A program made the position numbers and the translations under genes. Below are positions 27,997 through 36,881 of a stretch of 64,000 nucleotides of DNA, one piece after another; the stretch's first letter is position 1; the number at the start of each line of letters is the position of its first letter. Source of the stretch: an uncultured Clostridium sp. (GTDB taxonomy: Bacteria > Bacillota > Clostridia > TANB77 > CAG-508); NCBI GenBank assembly GCA_946500265.1, contig CAMMVE010000005.1, positions 1,906 through 65,905 of the forward strand, in the 5' to 3' direction. The notes below the pieces were generated by a model. That model saw nothing but the letters and a program-made list of their open reading frames with translations, did not search any database and was not told where the DNA came from.

Positions 27997-30783
27997 ATGT
28001 GGCAGTCTTTTAATATTAGTGAAGTTGCAAGAAAACTTAGGACAAACTTAAATTATGGATTAAGTAGAGAAGAGGCAGAAAGCAGGCATAATAAACATGG
28101 ACCTAACAAATTGGACGAGCAAAAGAAAGAAAATATTTTGATACGATTTCTTAAGCAATTCCAAGATTTTATGATAATAATTTTATTAGTAGCTGCTTTA
28201 ATTTCTGCAGGTGTTTCATTCTTCCAAGGGCAAAATGATTACATTGATTCTATAATAATAGTCGCTATTGTTGTTTTAAATGCTATTATGGGACTAGTTC
28301 AAGAAGCAAAAGCAGAAAAATCGTTGGAAGCTTTAAAAGATATGTCTGCACCTGTTGCGAGAGTAAGAAGAGATGGTAAGGTAATTACAGTAAAAGGTAC
28401 TGAAGTTGTACCAGGAGATATTGTTCTATTAGAAGCTGGAAATTTTGTACCTGCAGACTGTAGGTTAATAAATAGCTATAATCTTAAAATTGAAGAATCT
28501 AGCTTAACAGGAGAAACGGTTCCAGTTACAAAAGATGCAAACGTGTTACTTGATGAAAAAGCTGCGCTTGGAGATACAGTTAATATGGCATTTGCTAATA
28601 CAATAGTGGTAAATGGGCACGGAGAAGCAATTGTTACTGATATAGGAATGAATACAAAAGTAGGACAAATAGCTAAAATGATTATTACAAATGAATCTCC
28701 AGAAACTCCTATACAAAAAAAGCTTGGAGAAGTTGGAAAAACATTGGGAATGGGATGCCTTGCAATTTGTGCATTTATATTTGTTATAGGTATTCTTAAG
28801 AAAATAGAGCCAATAGAAATGTTTATGACTTCTGTAGGACTAGCAGTAGCTGCAATTCCAGAGGGGTTACCCGCAATAGTAACAATAATGCTTTCTATTG
28901 GAGTAACAAAAATGGCAAGAAAAAATACAATAATTAGGAAACTGCCGGCAGTTGAAACTTTAGGAAGTAGTAGTGTAATTTGCTCTGATAAAACAGGAAC
29001 TTTAACACAAAACAAAATGCAAGTAACAAAAGTAATGGACATTCGAGGAGAATGCCTGAACTTTCAAAAAAATTTAGTGCTGGAGCTGGGAGCTATGTGT
29101 ACAGATGTTGAAGAAGATGTGGGAGAACCTACAGAGCTTGCAATTGTAAATGCTGCAAAAGAACAAGGCAAATTTAAAGAAAGGTTGTATCAAAGCTTTA
29201 ATAGAATTAGTGATATACCATTTGACTCAGAAAGAAAAATGATGAGTACAATACATAAAATATCAAGTAAATTTAAAGAATTTGATAGAAACACATATAG
29301 CGGAAACATATCGGAGGACAATGCAGACTTAAGCAATATAAATAAATCTAATGTAGGGTTACTTGTTAGAGATAAACAACAAGTATTAAGCTCAAAAGAT
29401 AAATTTGCAATACAAGATATATTAAATAATAATTGCCAATATATCTCAATTACAAAAGGAGCACCAGATGTGCTATTGAAACATTGCAATAAATACATTT
29501 TAAATGGACAAGTGCAAAACTTATCAGATTTTGATAAGCAAAAGATAGAAAAGATTAATAGCAATATGGCGGAAAATGCGTTAAGAGTAGTTGCTGTTGC
29601 ATATTGTCCACTAAATGAAATTCCTAGAAATATAAATAGTGAGAACATTGAAAACAATTTGATTTTTGTAGGTTTAATAGGAATGATAGATCCTCCAAGA
29701 GAAGGAGTTAAAGAAGCGGTGCATACTTGCAAAAAAGCAGGAATAAAAACAGTAATGATTACAGGCGACCATATATTAACCGCAAAAGCAATTGCTAAAG
29801 ATTTGGGAATATTAGGAAACAATGACTTAGCTATTACTGGGCAAGAGCTGGATATGATTAATCAAAAAAACTTAGAAAAAAATATTATGAAATACTCTGT
29901 TTTTGCAAGAGTTTCACCTGAGCATAAAGTAAGAATTGTGGAAGCATTTCAAAAAACAGGAGCCGTTGTTGCAATGACAGGAGATGGAGTAAATGACGCT
30001 CCCGCACTAAAAAAGGCAGATATTGGCATCGCCATGGGTAAAAACGGAACAGATGTGGCAAAAAATGCTGCAGACATGATTTTAGCAGACGATAATTTCG
30101 TAACAATAGTGGAAGCGGTTAAGCAAGGAAGAAATATTTTCGAAAATATAAAAAAAGCTGTACATTTCTTAATTGCTACAAACATAGGAGAAATTGTAAC
30201 TATTTTTATGGGACTTTTATTAGGAATGAAATCTCCTTTGCTTGCTATACAACTTCTATGGGTAAACCTTGTTACAGACTCATTACCAGCCATTGCAATA
30301 GGATTAGAGTCGCCAGATAAAGACATTATGAATAAAAAACCACGTAACAGTAGAAAAAGCATATTTGCAGATGGACTTTGGGGCAAAATAATTGTTGAAG
30401 GAGTAATGCTTGGAATGCTAACATTGGTAACATTTAGCATTGGCAATAATTTATACGGACTAGAAGTGGGTAGAACAATGGCATTTGTAGCAATAGCAAT
30501 GCTTGAACTAATACATAGCTTTAATGTAAAAAGCGATGAATCAATTTTTAAAGTTGGACTATTTGAAAATAAATATTTAATTGGTGCATTTGTTTTAGGA
30601 GCACTTTTGCAAATAGTTGTGGTAATGGTACCAGTATTTGCAAATGTTTTTGGATTAGTACCATTAACAGGCACACAATGGATTTATACATTAGGAATTT
30701 CAATTCTTCCATTAATTATTATGGAAGCACAAAAGAAGCTAAATAGTGTGAGAGTCGGGAAAAAGGTTTTTTCATACAATTAA
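27997..30783 (+). CDS. P-type ATPase, Ca2+-transporting (P2A/YloB-like), with an Asn-rich insertion in the N domain
   Basis: It contains ICSDKTGTLTQNKM, TGDH, MTGDGVNDAPALKKADIG and 10 TM helices. Confidence 0.85.
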   Translation: MWQSFNISEVARKLRTNLNYGLSREEAESRHNKHGPNKLDEQKKENILIRFLKQFQDFMIIILLVAALISAGVSFFQGQNDYIDSIIIVAIVVLNAIMGLVQEAKAEKSLEALKDMSAPVARVRRDGKVITVKGTEVVPGDIVLLEAGNFVPADCRLINSYNLKIEESSLTGETVPVTKDANVLLDEKAALGDTVNMAFANTIVVNGHGEAIVTDIGMNTKVGQIAKMIITNESPETPIQKKLGEVGKTLGMGCLAICAFIFVIGILKKIEPIEMFMTSVGLAVAAIPEGLPAIVTIMLSIGVTKMARKNTIIRKLPAVETLGSSSVICSDKTGTLTQNKMQVTKVMDIRGECLNFQKNLVLELGAMCTDVEEDVGEPTELAIVNAAKEQGKFKERLYQSFNRISDIPFDSERKMMSTIHKISSKFKEFDRNTYSGNISEDNADLSNINKSNVGLLVRDKQQVLSSKDKFAIQDILNNNCQYISITKGAPDVLLKHCNKYILNGQVQNLSDFDKQKIEKINSNMAENALRVVAVAYCPLNEIPRNINSENIENNLIFVGLIGMIDPPREGVKEAVHTCKKAGIKTVMITGDHILTAKAIAKDLGILGNNDLAITGQELDMINQKNLEKNIMKYSVFARVSPEHKVRIVEAFQKTGAVVAMTGDGVNDAPALKKADIGIAMGKNGTDVAKNAADMILADDNFVTIVEAVKQGRNIFENIKKAVHFLIATNIGEIVTIFMGLLLGMKSPLLAIQLLWVNLVTDSLPAIAIGLESPDKDIMNKKPRNSRKSIFADGLWGKIIVEGVMLGMLTLVTFSIGNNLYGLEVGRTMAFVAIAMLELIHSFNVKSDESIFKVGLFENKYLIGAFVLGALLQIVVVMVPVFANVFGLVPLTGTQWIYTLGISILPLIIMEAQKKLNSVRVGKKVFSYN

Positions 30784-30816
30784 GATTTTAGCTTTAATTT
30801 TAATTTGATTTAACAT

Positions 30817-31004
30817 AAAGCCGAATACTATATATTTCTCAAATTTTCTCGTGACTTGTTGTCGAAACCATCTAAGCATTCTGAAAAGAAAATAAATTTT
30901 CTTTTCATCTGCTAGGTTTCTCCAAGCGCACTCGCCTTTTACAAGGCTCGTTTGGTGGCTACGCGTCACTTCGAAAATTCTCTAAATATATAGTATTCGG
31001 CTTT
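30817..31004. ncRNA. 188-nt imperfect long hairpin, candidate 6S-like RNA (a MITE is the alternative)
   Basis: The ends pair with 21 perfect bp (AAAGCCGAATACTATATATTT / AAATATATAGTATTCGGCTTT), then 7 and 5 further bp separated by internal loops. There is an asymmetric central bubble and an apical stem GAAACC...GAAAAGAAAA taaa TTTTCTTTTC...GGTTTC. The size and AAAGCC...GGCUUUU ends resemble B. subtilis 6S-1 as I recall it. Confidence 0.35.
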
Positions 31005-31202
31005 TAAAATGAAAAAATAAAAATCAAAAAAATCATATAAATTTACCAAATTTAGAAATTTATTCTATTTGTCAATGGCTGAAAAAGTGAGAAAAACGGA
31101 GAAAAAAAGAGGAAAAGTGAGGAAACCATGCAAATATTTAAAAAAATATAGTTACCAAATGTCTGAAAATAACCCAAAAAACGAGAAAAAAGAATATAAA
31201 AT

Positions 31203-31231
31203 TTGAAATTGCATACAATATGTAGTATAAT
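31203..31231 (+). promoter_or_regulatory. Consensus sigma-A promoter (TTGAAA-17-TATAAT)
   Basis: TTGAAA lies at 31203-31208 and TATAAT at 31226-31231, upstream of the M23 peptidase gene. Confidence 0.6.
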
Positions 31232-31305
31232 AGACTTTGTCACGTTGTTAAAAAGGAGTGTGAATTTATATTTTAAACAGGAAAGTTAAATACTACACAA
31301 AACAA

Positions 31306-32256
31306 ATGATTAGACTTATAAATATTGTAGCTATAGCACTGTTTATAATAATGGTAATTGTATTATTTAAATTCAATTTTGTATGTGAAGTATCAATTGC
31401 AGGTGAAACTGTAGGTTATGTAGCAAACAAAGATGAGTTTACTTCAAAAGTAGATGAAATTTTAAATAAAGAAGAAGAGGCCAAATTGTTTACAACAATT
31501 GAAAACATGCCTGAATATAAGTTGAAATTAGTTGATAAATCTGAAAATACAAATGAAGATGTTATATTAGCTAAATTAGAGGAAAGTGCAGAAACAACTT
31601 ATAAACTATATGCCGTGACTTTAGATGGTAAAGAAAAAACAGTTTTAGCAAACTTAGAAGATGCTGAAAAATTAGTTGATGAAATGACAGAAAAATACGA
31701 AGACGATGTCGATTTAGATATTGGTATAGTTGATGTGATTACAACAGATAAAGAAGATAAAAGTACTTTAAAAGTGGCTAAAGCTGATTTAAAAGAAGAC
31801 ATCGAGACTAAAATTGAAAAAGTAGAAAAAGAAATAGCTAAACAAAAAGAAATTGAATCTCATACTGTTCAAGGTGTATACCTTGAAGTAACACCAGTAT
31901 CTGGAATAATTACATCCAGATTTGGTAACAGAGAAAGTATTAGATCATATGGTCATACAGGATTAGATATAGCAGCACCTGGTGGAACACCTATAAAAGC
32001 TGCTGCTGACGGTACAGTAACTTTCTCTGGATATAGCGGTGGATATGGTTATGTTGTAAAAATGTCTCACGGAAATGGTATAGAAACATACTATGGACAC
32101 TGTAGTGCATTATATGTGTCTGCAGGAGAAAAGGTTGAGGCAGGAGACACAATTGCAGCAGTTGGTTCAACTGGTAACTCAACAGGTAACCACTTACACT
32201 TTGAAATTAGAGTAAATGGAAATGAGGTTAACCCTCAAAATTATTTATATAACTAG
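31306..32256 (+). CDS. Membrane-anchored M23-family metalloendopeptidase
   Basis: It has an N-terminal TM segment and a C-terminal HTGLDIAAPGGTPI...GNSTGNHLHFEI region (the LytM/M23 HxxxD and HxH motifs). Confidence 0.8.
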   Translation: MIRLINIVAIALFIIMVIVLFKFNFVCEVSIAGETVGYVANKDEFTSKVDEILNKEEEAKLFTTIENMPEYKLKLVDKSENTNEDVILAKLEESAETTYKLYAVTLDGKEKTVLANLEDAEKLVDEMTEKYEDDVDLDIGIVDVITTDKEDKSTLKVAKADLKEDIETKIEKVEKEIAKQKEIESHTVQGVYLEVTPVSGIITSRFGNRESIRSYGHTGLDIAAPGGTPIKAAADGTVTFSGYSGGYGYVVKMSHGNGIETYYGHCSALYVSAGEKVEAGDTIAAVGSTGNSTGNHLHFEIRVNGNEVNPQNYLYN

Positions 32257-32277
32257 ATAAAAAGCATTACTAGAATA

Positions 32278-32321
32278 GTGAAACACTGGGGACAGATTTA
32301 AAATCTGTCCCCAAGTTTCAT
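32278..32321. repeat. Family A repeat (GGGGACAG variant)
   Basis: I read it directly. It is the first of a tandem pair. Confidence 0.9.
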
Positions 32322-32335
32322 AGGAAAAATCATAA

Positions 32336-32378
32336 GTGAAACATGGTGACAGATTTAAATCTGTCACCTAAGTTTCAC
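32336..32378. repeat. Family A repeat (GGTGACAG variant)
   Basis: I read it directly. It is the second of a tandem pair. Confidence 0.9.
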
Positions 32379-32428
32379 CATAAACAATGATGCTTTTTCG
32401 ACTGTTTAGTAAAAAATGTGAATTTTAA

Positions 32429-32457
32429 TTGACTTTGTATTATAGAAGTTATAAAAT
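32429..32457 (+). promoter_or_regulatory. Sigma-A-type promoter (TTGACT-17-TAAAAT) upstream of plsX
   Basis: I read it directly. Confidence 0.45.
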
Positions 32458-32548
32458 AAAAAATATAATTATAATAGAATAAAAATAGTTCTATTGAAAA
32501 TTAAAATAAATATATTGTATAAAACGTACCAATAATGGAGGATGTGAA

Positions 32549-33571
32549 ATGATAATTTTATTGGATGCAATGGGTGGAGATAATGCACCTGATGCAAATA
32601 TAAAAGGAGCAGTAACTGCTATTAATCAAATAAAAGCAGACGTTGTTTTAATAGGTAAAGAGGAAGTAATAAATAATCGTATAAAAGAATTATACGGAAA
32701 GAATGATATAAAAGAAATTTCTCCTAGATTTAGCATAAAAAACGCCACAGAAACAATTGAAATGGAAGATATTCCAACACAAGCTATTAAACATAAAAAG
32801 GATTCATCAATGGTTGTTGGGTTTAACATGTTAAAATCTGGCGAAGGTGATGTATTTATTTCTGCAGGTAACTCAGGAGCACTTTTAACAGGTGCAACGC
32901 TTCTAGTAGGAAGAATTAAAGGAATTGATAGACCAGCTCTAGCAGGAATTTTACCAGCATATAAAAGTAGGCTATTACTTATGGACTGTGGTTCAAATAC
33001 AAATTGCAAACCTATTAATTTGTTGCAATTTGCACAAATGTCTAGCATTTATTTAAAAAACACATTTGGAATGGAGAGTCCAGCAGTAGGATTATTGAAT
33101 ATAGGCACTGAAGAAACTAAAGGAAATGAACTTACAAAAGAAGCATACCAATTATTAAAAGAAAATGCAGAAAAATTAGATATTAATTTTGTAGGAAATG
33201 TAGAAGGAAGAGATGCATTCTCTGGCAAAATAGATGTAATAGTAACTGATGGATTTACAGGAAATGTATTCTTGAAATCTGTTGAAGGATTAGGAAAATT
33301 TGTAAAAAGAAGTTTAACAGAGAGTTTAACACATAGCATTTTATCTAAAATAGCAGCGATACCAAGCCTCCCAGCAATAAAGAAATTCTCTAAAACAGTA
33401 GATTATAAAGAATATGGTGGCGCATTATTCTTAGGAGTAAAAAAACCAGTAGTAAAAGCTCATGGAAGCAGTGATGAAAAGCTTTTTGAATTCACTATAA
33501 AACAGGCAGAAAAATTTGTGGAAAACAAAGCAGTAGACAAAATGATAGAAGCTTTTGAAAAAAATTCGTAA
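32549..33571 (+). CDS. plsX: Phosphate acyltransferase PlsX
   Basis: It begins DAMGGDNAP and contains SAGNSGA and TDGFTGN. Confidence 0.9.
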   Translation: MIILLDAMGGDNAPDANIKGAVTAINQIKADVVLIGKEEVINNRIKELYGKNDIKEISPRFSIKNATETIEMEDIPTQAIKHKKDSSMVVGFNMLKSGEGDVFISAGNSGALLTGATLLVGRIKGIDRPALAGILPAYKSRLLLMDCGSNTNCKPINLLQFAQMSSIYLKNTFGMESPAVGLLNIGTEETKGNELTKEAYQLLKENAEKLDINFVGNVEGRDAFSGKIDVIVTDGFTGNVFLKSVEGLGKFVKRSLTESLTHSILSKIAAIPSLPAIKKFSKTVDYKEYGGALFLGVKKPVVKAHGSSDEKLFEFTIKQAEKFVENKAVDKMIEAFEKNS

Positions 33572-33652
33572 AATATATTGACAATTAAATTAATATGTAT
33601 TATTGTTAGATAGAACAAAATGAAGATAAATTTAAGGAGGTGAACTTATACA

Positions 33653-33895
33653 ATGAGTTCAGAAGAAGTTTTTGAAAAAGTAAAAGGAATTATAGTTGAA
33701 CAATTAGGAGTAGCTGAAACAGCAGTTACAATGGAAGCATCTTTCATAGATGATTTAGGTGCAGATTCACTAGATATAGTAGAATTAATAATGGCTCTTG
33801 AAGAAGAGTTTGATATAGAAATACCAGATGCAGATGCAGAAAAAGTTGTTTCTGTAGGAGACGTAGTAGACTATATTAAAGACCATTTAGCATAG
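33653..33895 (+). CDS. acpP: Acyl carrier protein
   Basis: It contains the phosphopantetheine attachment motif [19 protein letters not shown]. Confidence 0.9.
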   Translation: MSSEEVFEKVKGIIVEQLGVAETAVTMEASFIDDLGADSLDIVELIMALEEEFDIEIPDADAEKVVSVGDVVDYIKDHLA

Positions 33896-33926
33896 GAAAA
33901 AGAATTGATAATTTATTAGAAAAGCA

Positions 33927-33968
33927 AAAAGCATTTCAAGGAGTGAAACGAACTTGAAATGCTTTTTC
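33927..33968 (+). terminator. Rho-independent terminator of acpP
   Basis: AAAAGCATTTCAAG ... CTTGAAATGCTTTT forms a 14-bp stem plus a T tail. The loop contains GTGAAAC. Confidence 0.75.
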
Positions 33969-34144
33969 GCATATTTGATGAGGTAGAAGATGGCAAATAT
34001 AACTATAATGATAAAACTTATGATGTTATTTTAGAAATTGAAGGAAAAAGCATAAAAGAAGATAGAAAAAATTTAGGATGCCATAATTGTGAAAACAATA
34101 TATATGCTAGAGAAGTAAATAAATATGTAATAGAAAAAGGCATT

Positions 34145-34299
34145 CAGATAGCGCTGTCTTTGTGAATTCTGACGCCCCTTTCTTCCACCATGGTGGTGAC
34201 TATTACAACAATGCCTCCAGCGCAGGCGTGTTCTACTATGGCATCAACTATGGTAGTGCCAGCGACTTCAACTCATTCCGCCTTGCCTTAGTAATGTAA
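34145..34299 (+). pseudogene. GC-rich 3' remnant of an unidentified gene (...GGDYYNNASSAGVFYYGINYGSASDFNSFRLALVM-stop)
   Basis: The frame is open for only about 50 codons and the composition is strikingly GC-rich for this genome. A paralogous remnant lies at 34917-35006. Confidence 0.35.
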
Positions 34300-34442
34300 T
34301 GTGAAATCTGGCATCTGAGCGACATAAAAAGTTAACAAGCAAACCATGAAAGAATACTGGAACTAGAATAATAGCGGTAAAATAAAAATAAGTAACTTAA
34401 CTACAAAATAAAAATTCAATAAAAGCAATTTGATAAAAAGTA

Positions 34443-34471
34443 TTGATAGAAATAGTATTATCTGATAAAAT
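34443..34471 (+). promoter_or_regulatory. Sigma-A-type promoter (TTGATA-17-TAAAAT) of the stand-alone Rpn-C gene, copy 1
   Basis: It is conserved in copy 2 (36501-36529). Confidence 0.5.
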
Positions 34472-34516
34472 AAGGAGGAAAAGTGGCTACTAACGGGGGA
34501 GGATGAGAAGATAAAG

Positions 34517-34837
34517 ATGGCAAGTGAAGAGAATAAAACAATAGGAAAAGTGGTAGAAGATTTAGACGAAATGAGTGCTGATGAAAATGAGAGGTTAGAG
34601 GCATATAAAAGAAAGCTTGCAATAATAGATTACAATACATCAATAGACATGGCTCATAAAGAAGGAAAGCAAGAAGGAAGGAAAGAGGGCGAGAAAATTG
34701 GCAGAGAAGCTGGCGAAAAAGCTGGAAGAAAGGCAGAACAATTAAAAATAGCTAAAAGATTAAAAGAAAAGGGGATAGAACTTGCCGAAATTATGGATAT
34801 AACAGAATTAACAAAAGAAGAAATAGAAAAGATTTAA
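34517..34837 (+). CDS. Stand-alone homologue of the C-terminal domain of Rpn (YhgA-like) nuclease, copy 1
   Basis: MASEENKTIGKVVEDLDEMSADENERLEAYKRKLAI... aligns with residues about 213-303 of the full-length Rpn protein encoded at 50070..50963 (KMASEKNKSIEKVVEDLDEMSADENERLEAYKRKLAI). Confidence 0.55.
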   Translation: MASEENKTIGKVVEDLDEMSADENERLEAYKRKLAIIDYNTSIDMAHKEGKQEGRKEGEKIGREAGEKAGRKAEQLKIAKRLKEKGIELAEIMDITELTKEEIEKI

Positions 34838-34916
34838 AAGAATGTAATTGTATTGATATAAGTTATTAAAAATATGAAGGAACACAAAAGAAATGAAAAA
34901 AGAGGAAAACAATGAA

Positions 34917-35006
34917 AATGGTTATGCTTCGGGAGTACTCTTCTTTAGCGTGAGTGATGGTAATAGCCACAATAGTGGCTCATTCCGTTTGTCCCTAGTA
35001 TTGTAG
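34917..35006 (+). pseudogene. Second GC-rich 3' remnant (...GYASGVLFFSVSDGNSHNSGSFRLSLVL-stop)
   Basis: It has the same C-terminal motif (SFRL.LV) and the same downstream TGTGAAATCTG... sequence as the remnant at 34145-34299. Confidence 0.3.
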
Positions 35007-35169
35007 TGTGAAATCTGCCATTCGAACAACATGAAACTTAACAAAAAATTATGAAAGAAAACTACGATAGATATAAATTTGCAGTAGATGCAGAAGAAAA
35101 AATGTATAATTCAAATATAAGCAAACAAAAAAATCGTTTTAGACAAAAAATCTAAAGCGATTTTTTATT

Positions 35170-36255
35170 TTATAAACCTACAGAATTTGCTCCATATTCA
35201 GCTTGAGCAGTAGTAAACCCTTCAAATTCTAGTTGACTGATTAATTTACTTCTTGAGAAAGACATAGTATCTAAATATTGTTTAGCTTTTTTAGCAGCTT
35301 GCTGATTCCAATTAGCGCCACAGTTATCGGCACCATATTTAGCTTCAGTACTTGTAAAACCTTCGAATTCTAGCTGGTTTTTTAAACCCTCATATGAGAA
35401 AGCAGAATGCTGTAAATATTGTTTAGCTTTTTCTAATGCTTGTGCTTTCCAGTTAGCTCCACAATTATCAACACCATATTTAGCTTCAGTACTTGTAAAA
35501 CCTTCGAATTCTAGCTGGCCTATTAAGTCTTCATAAGAGAAAGCAGAATGTTGTAAATATTGTTTGGCTTTTTTTAATGCTTGTGCTTTCCAGTTAGCAC
35601 CACAATTATCAACTCCATATTTAGCTTCAGTACTTGTAAAACCTTCGAATTCTAGCTGGTCTTTTAAACCTTCATAAGAAAAAGCAGAATGTTTAAGATA
35701 ACTTTTGGCAGTAGTTAAAGCATTTTGTTTACCAACAGATACATTATTAGTGCTATTGTTAGAACTATTAGTTTTATTGCTATTGTTACTATTGCTAGAA
35801 CTATTAGTTTTGTTGCTATTGTTGCTATTGCTAGAGCTATTAGTTTTATTGCTATTGTTGCTACTGCTAGAGCTATTAGTTTTGTTGCTATTGTTGCTAC
35901 TGCTAGAGCTATTAGTTTTATTGTTATTGTTATTATTGCTAGAGCTATTAGCTTTATTACTATTACTTGAATTATTATTTTTGTTAGAATTGTTAACTTT
36001 ATTGCTATTACTTGATGTTGAATCATTATTCTTAGATGATGTGTTGTTATCTGTTTCTATGCTATTTGATATATTCTCTGGCAAGTTAATATTATTATTA
36101 TCAGAGCCTTTAAAAAAGTCAACTTTATATAAAAAGAATACAACTAAAACAATTATAATAAGTGAAATTATAACAAAAATCCACCATTCCTTATCAAAAC
36201 CTTCTCTTTGTTCTTCCAATTTTACATTCCCCCTTTTCATAAAAGTATAATACAA
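35170..36255 (-). CDS. Membrane-anchored protein with four Ltp-type repeats (host cell surface-exposed lipoprotein Ltp family) and an Asn/Ser-rich tandem-repeat linker
   Basis: The unit A..A..YL....FS...L..QLEFEGFT..EA.YG.DNCGANW..QA occurs four times and matches the Ltp domain of streptococcal phage TP-J34 as I recall it. There is an N-terminal TM helix. The start is uncertain (possibly TTG with an AGGGGG RBS). Confidence 0.6.
   Translation of the reverse strand: MYYTFMKRGNVKLEEQREGFDKEWWIFVIISLIIIVLVVFFLYKVDFFKGSDNNNINLPENISNSIETDNNTSSKNNDSTSSNSNKVNNSNKNNNSSNSNKANSSSNNNNNNKTNSSSSSNNSNKTNSSSSSNNSNKTNSSSNSNNSNKTNSSSNSNNSNKTNSSNNSTNNVSVGKQNALTTAKSYLKHSAFSYEGLKDQLEFEGFTSTEAKYGVDNCGANWKAQALKKAKQYLQHSAFSYEDLIGQLEFEGFTSTEAKYGVDNCGANWKAQALEKAKQYLQHSAFSYEGLKNQLEFEGFTSTEAKYGADNCGANWNQQAAKKAKQYLDTMSFSRSKLISQLEFEGFTTAQAEYGANSVGL
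35750..35960. repeat. Tandem 36-bp coding repeat (about 5-6 units, SNKTNSSS(S/N)SNN)
   Basis: The unit gctattgttgctactgctagagctattagttttgtt repeats inside the Ltp-like gene. Confidence 0.85.
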
Positions 36256-36500
36256 AGATTTACAAAATTCAACATATATATTAATAAAAAAATATGAGTA
36301 ACATTTTTACATGTCCAACTGTCATAAGATATTGCATTTTAAAAATTAATGAAAAAAATACCGTCAAATGGTAAGCTAAATCCAAACGTAACGAATTGAC
36401 AATAAAATAACGAAATAGATGCAAAAAACTAAAAGAAAGAGATAATGTAAAATAATCCATGAAAAAATAAAAATTAATAAAAACAAATTGATAAAAAGTA

Positions 36501-36529
36501 TTGATAGAAATAACATTATCTGATAAAAT
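36501..36529 (+). promoter_or_regulatory. Sigma-A-type promoter (TTGATA-17-TAAAAT) of the stand-alone Rpn-C gene, copy 2
   Basis: This is the same sequence as copy 1. Confidence 0.5.
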
Positions 36530-36584
36530 GAGGAGGAAAAACAATGGTTATGGCTACTAACGGGGGGAGGATGAGAAGATAAAG

Positions 36585-36881
36585 ATGGCAAATGAAGAGA
36601 ATAAAACAATAGAAAAAGTAGTAGAAGAATTAGACGAAATGAGTGCAGATGAAAATGAGAGGTTAGAGGCATATAAAAGAAAGCTTGCGATAATAGACTA
36701 CAACACATCAATAGACATGGCTCATAAAGAAGGAGAGAAAATTGGCAGACAGGAAGGCGAAAAAGCTGGAAGAAAGGCAGAACAATTAAAAATAGCCAAG
36801 AATCTAAAAGAGCAAGGAATAGAAATAGATATAATAGTAAAGACTACAGGACTAACTAAACAAGAGGTGGAATCGATATAA
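36585..36881 (+). CDS. Stand-alone homologue of the C-terminal domain of Rpn nuclease, copy 2
   Basis: It begins MANEENKTIEKVVEELDEMSADENERLEAYKRKLAI and ends ...IAKNLKEQGIEIDIIVKTTGLTKQEVESI, very close to the C-terminus of the full-length Rpn. It is preceded by a decayed QWLWLL.. remnant of the parent gene. Confidence 0.55.
   Translation: MANEENKTIEKVVEELDEMSADENERLEAYKRKLAIIDYNTSIDMAHKEGEKIGRQEGEKAGRKAEQLKIAKNLKEQGIEIDIIVKTTGLTKQEVESI

Noticed and set aside
30772-30969. A 65-aa minus-strand ORF in the ATPase-M23 intergenic region.
   Set aside because: It lies entirely within the 188-nt hairpin element, has no RBS and gives an implausible basic peptide. A structured RNA or MITE is the better explanation.
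33959-34165. A 68-aa ORF directly after acpP.
   Set aside because: Its ATG lies inside the right arm of the acpP terminator hairpin. There is no RBS and I recognise no family. I kept it only as part of the islet description.
35705-36250. Leu-rich 181-aa ORF on the plus strand, plus ORFs 35715..36026- and 35725..35970+.
   Set aside because: These are alternative frames of the 36-bp tandem repeat inside the Ltp-like gene (poly L/V/I artefacts).
36281-36711. ORFs 36281..36544- and 36376..36711- (and 34458..34643-) opposite the Rpn-C modules.
   Set aside because: They are antisense to the promoter and 5' region of the small Rpn-C genes, are low-complexity Leu/Phe-rich and have no RBS.
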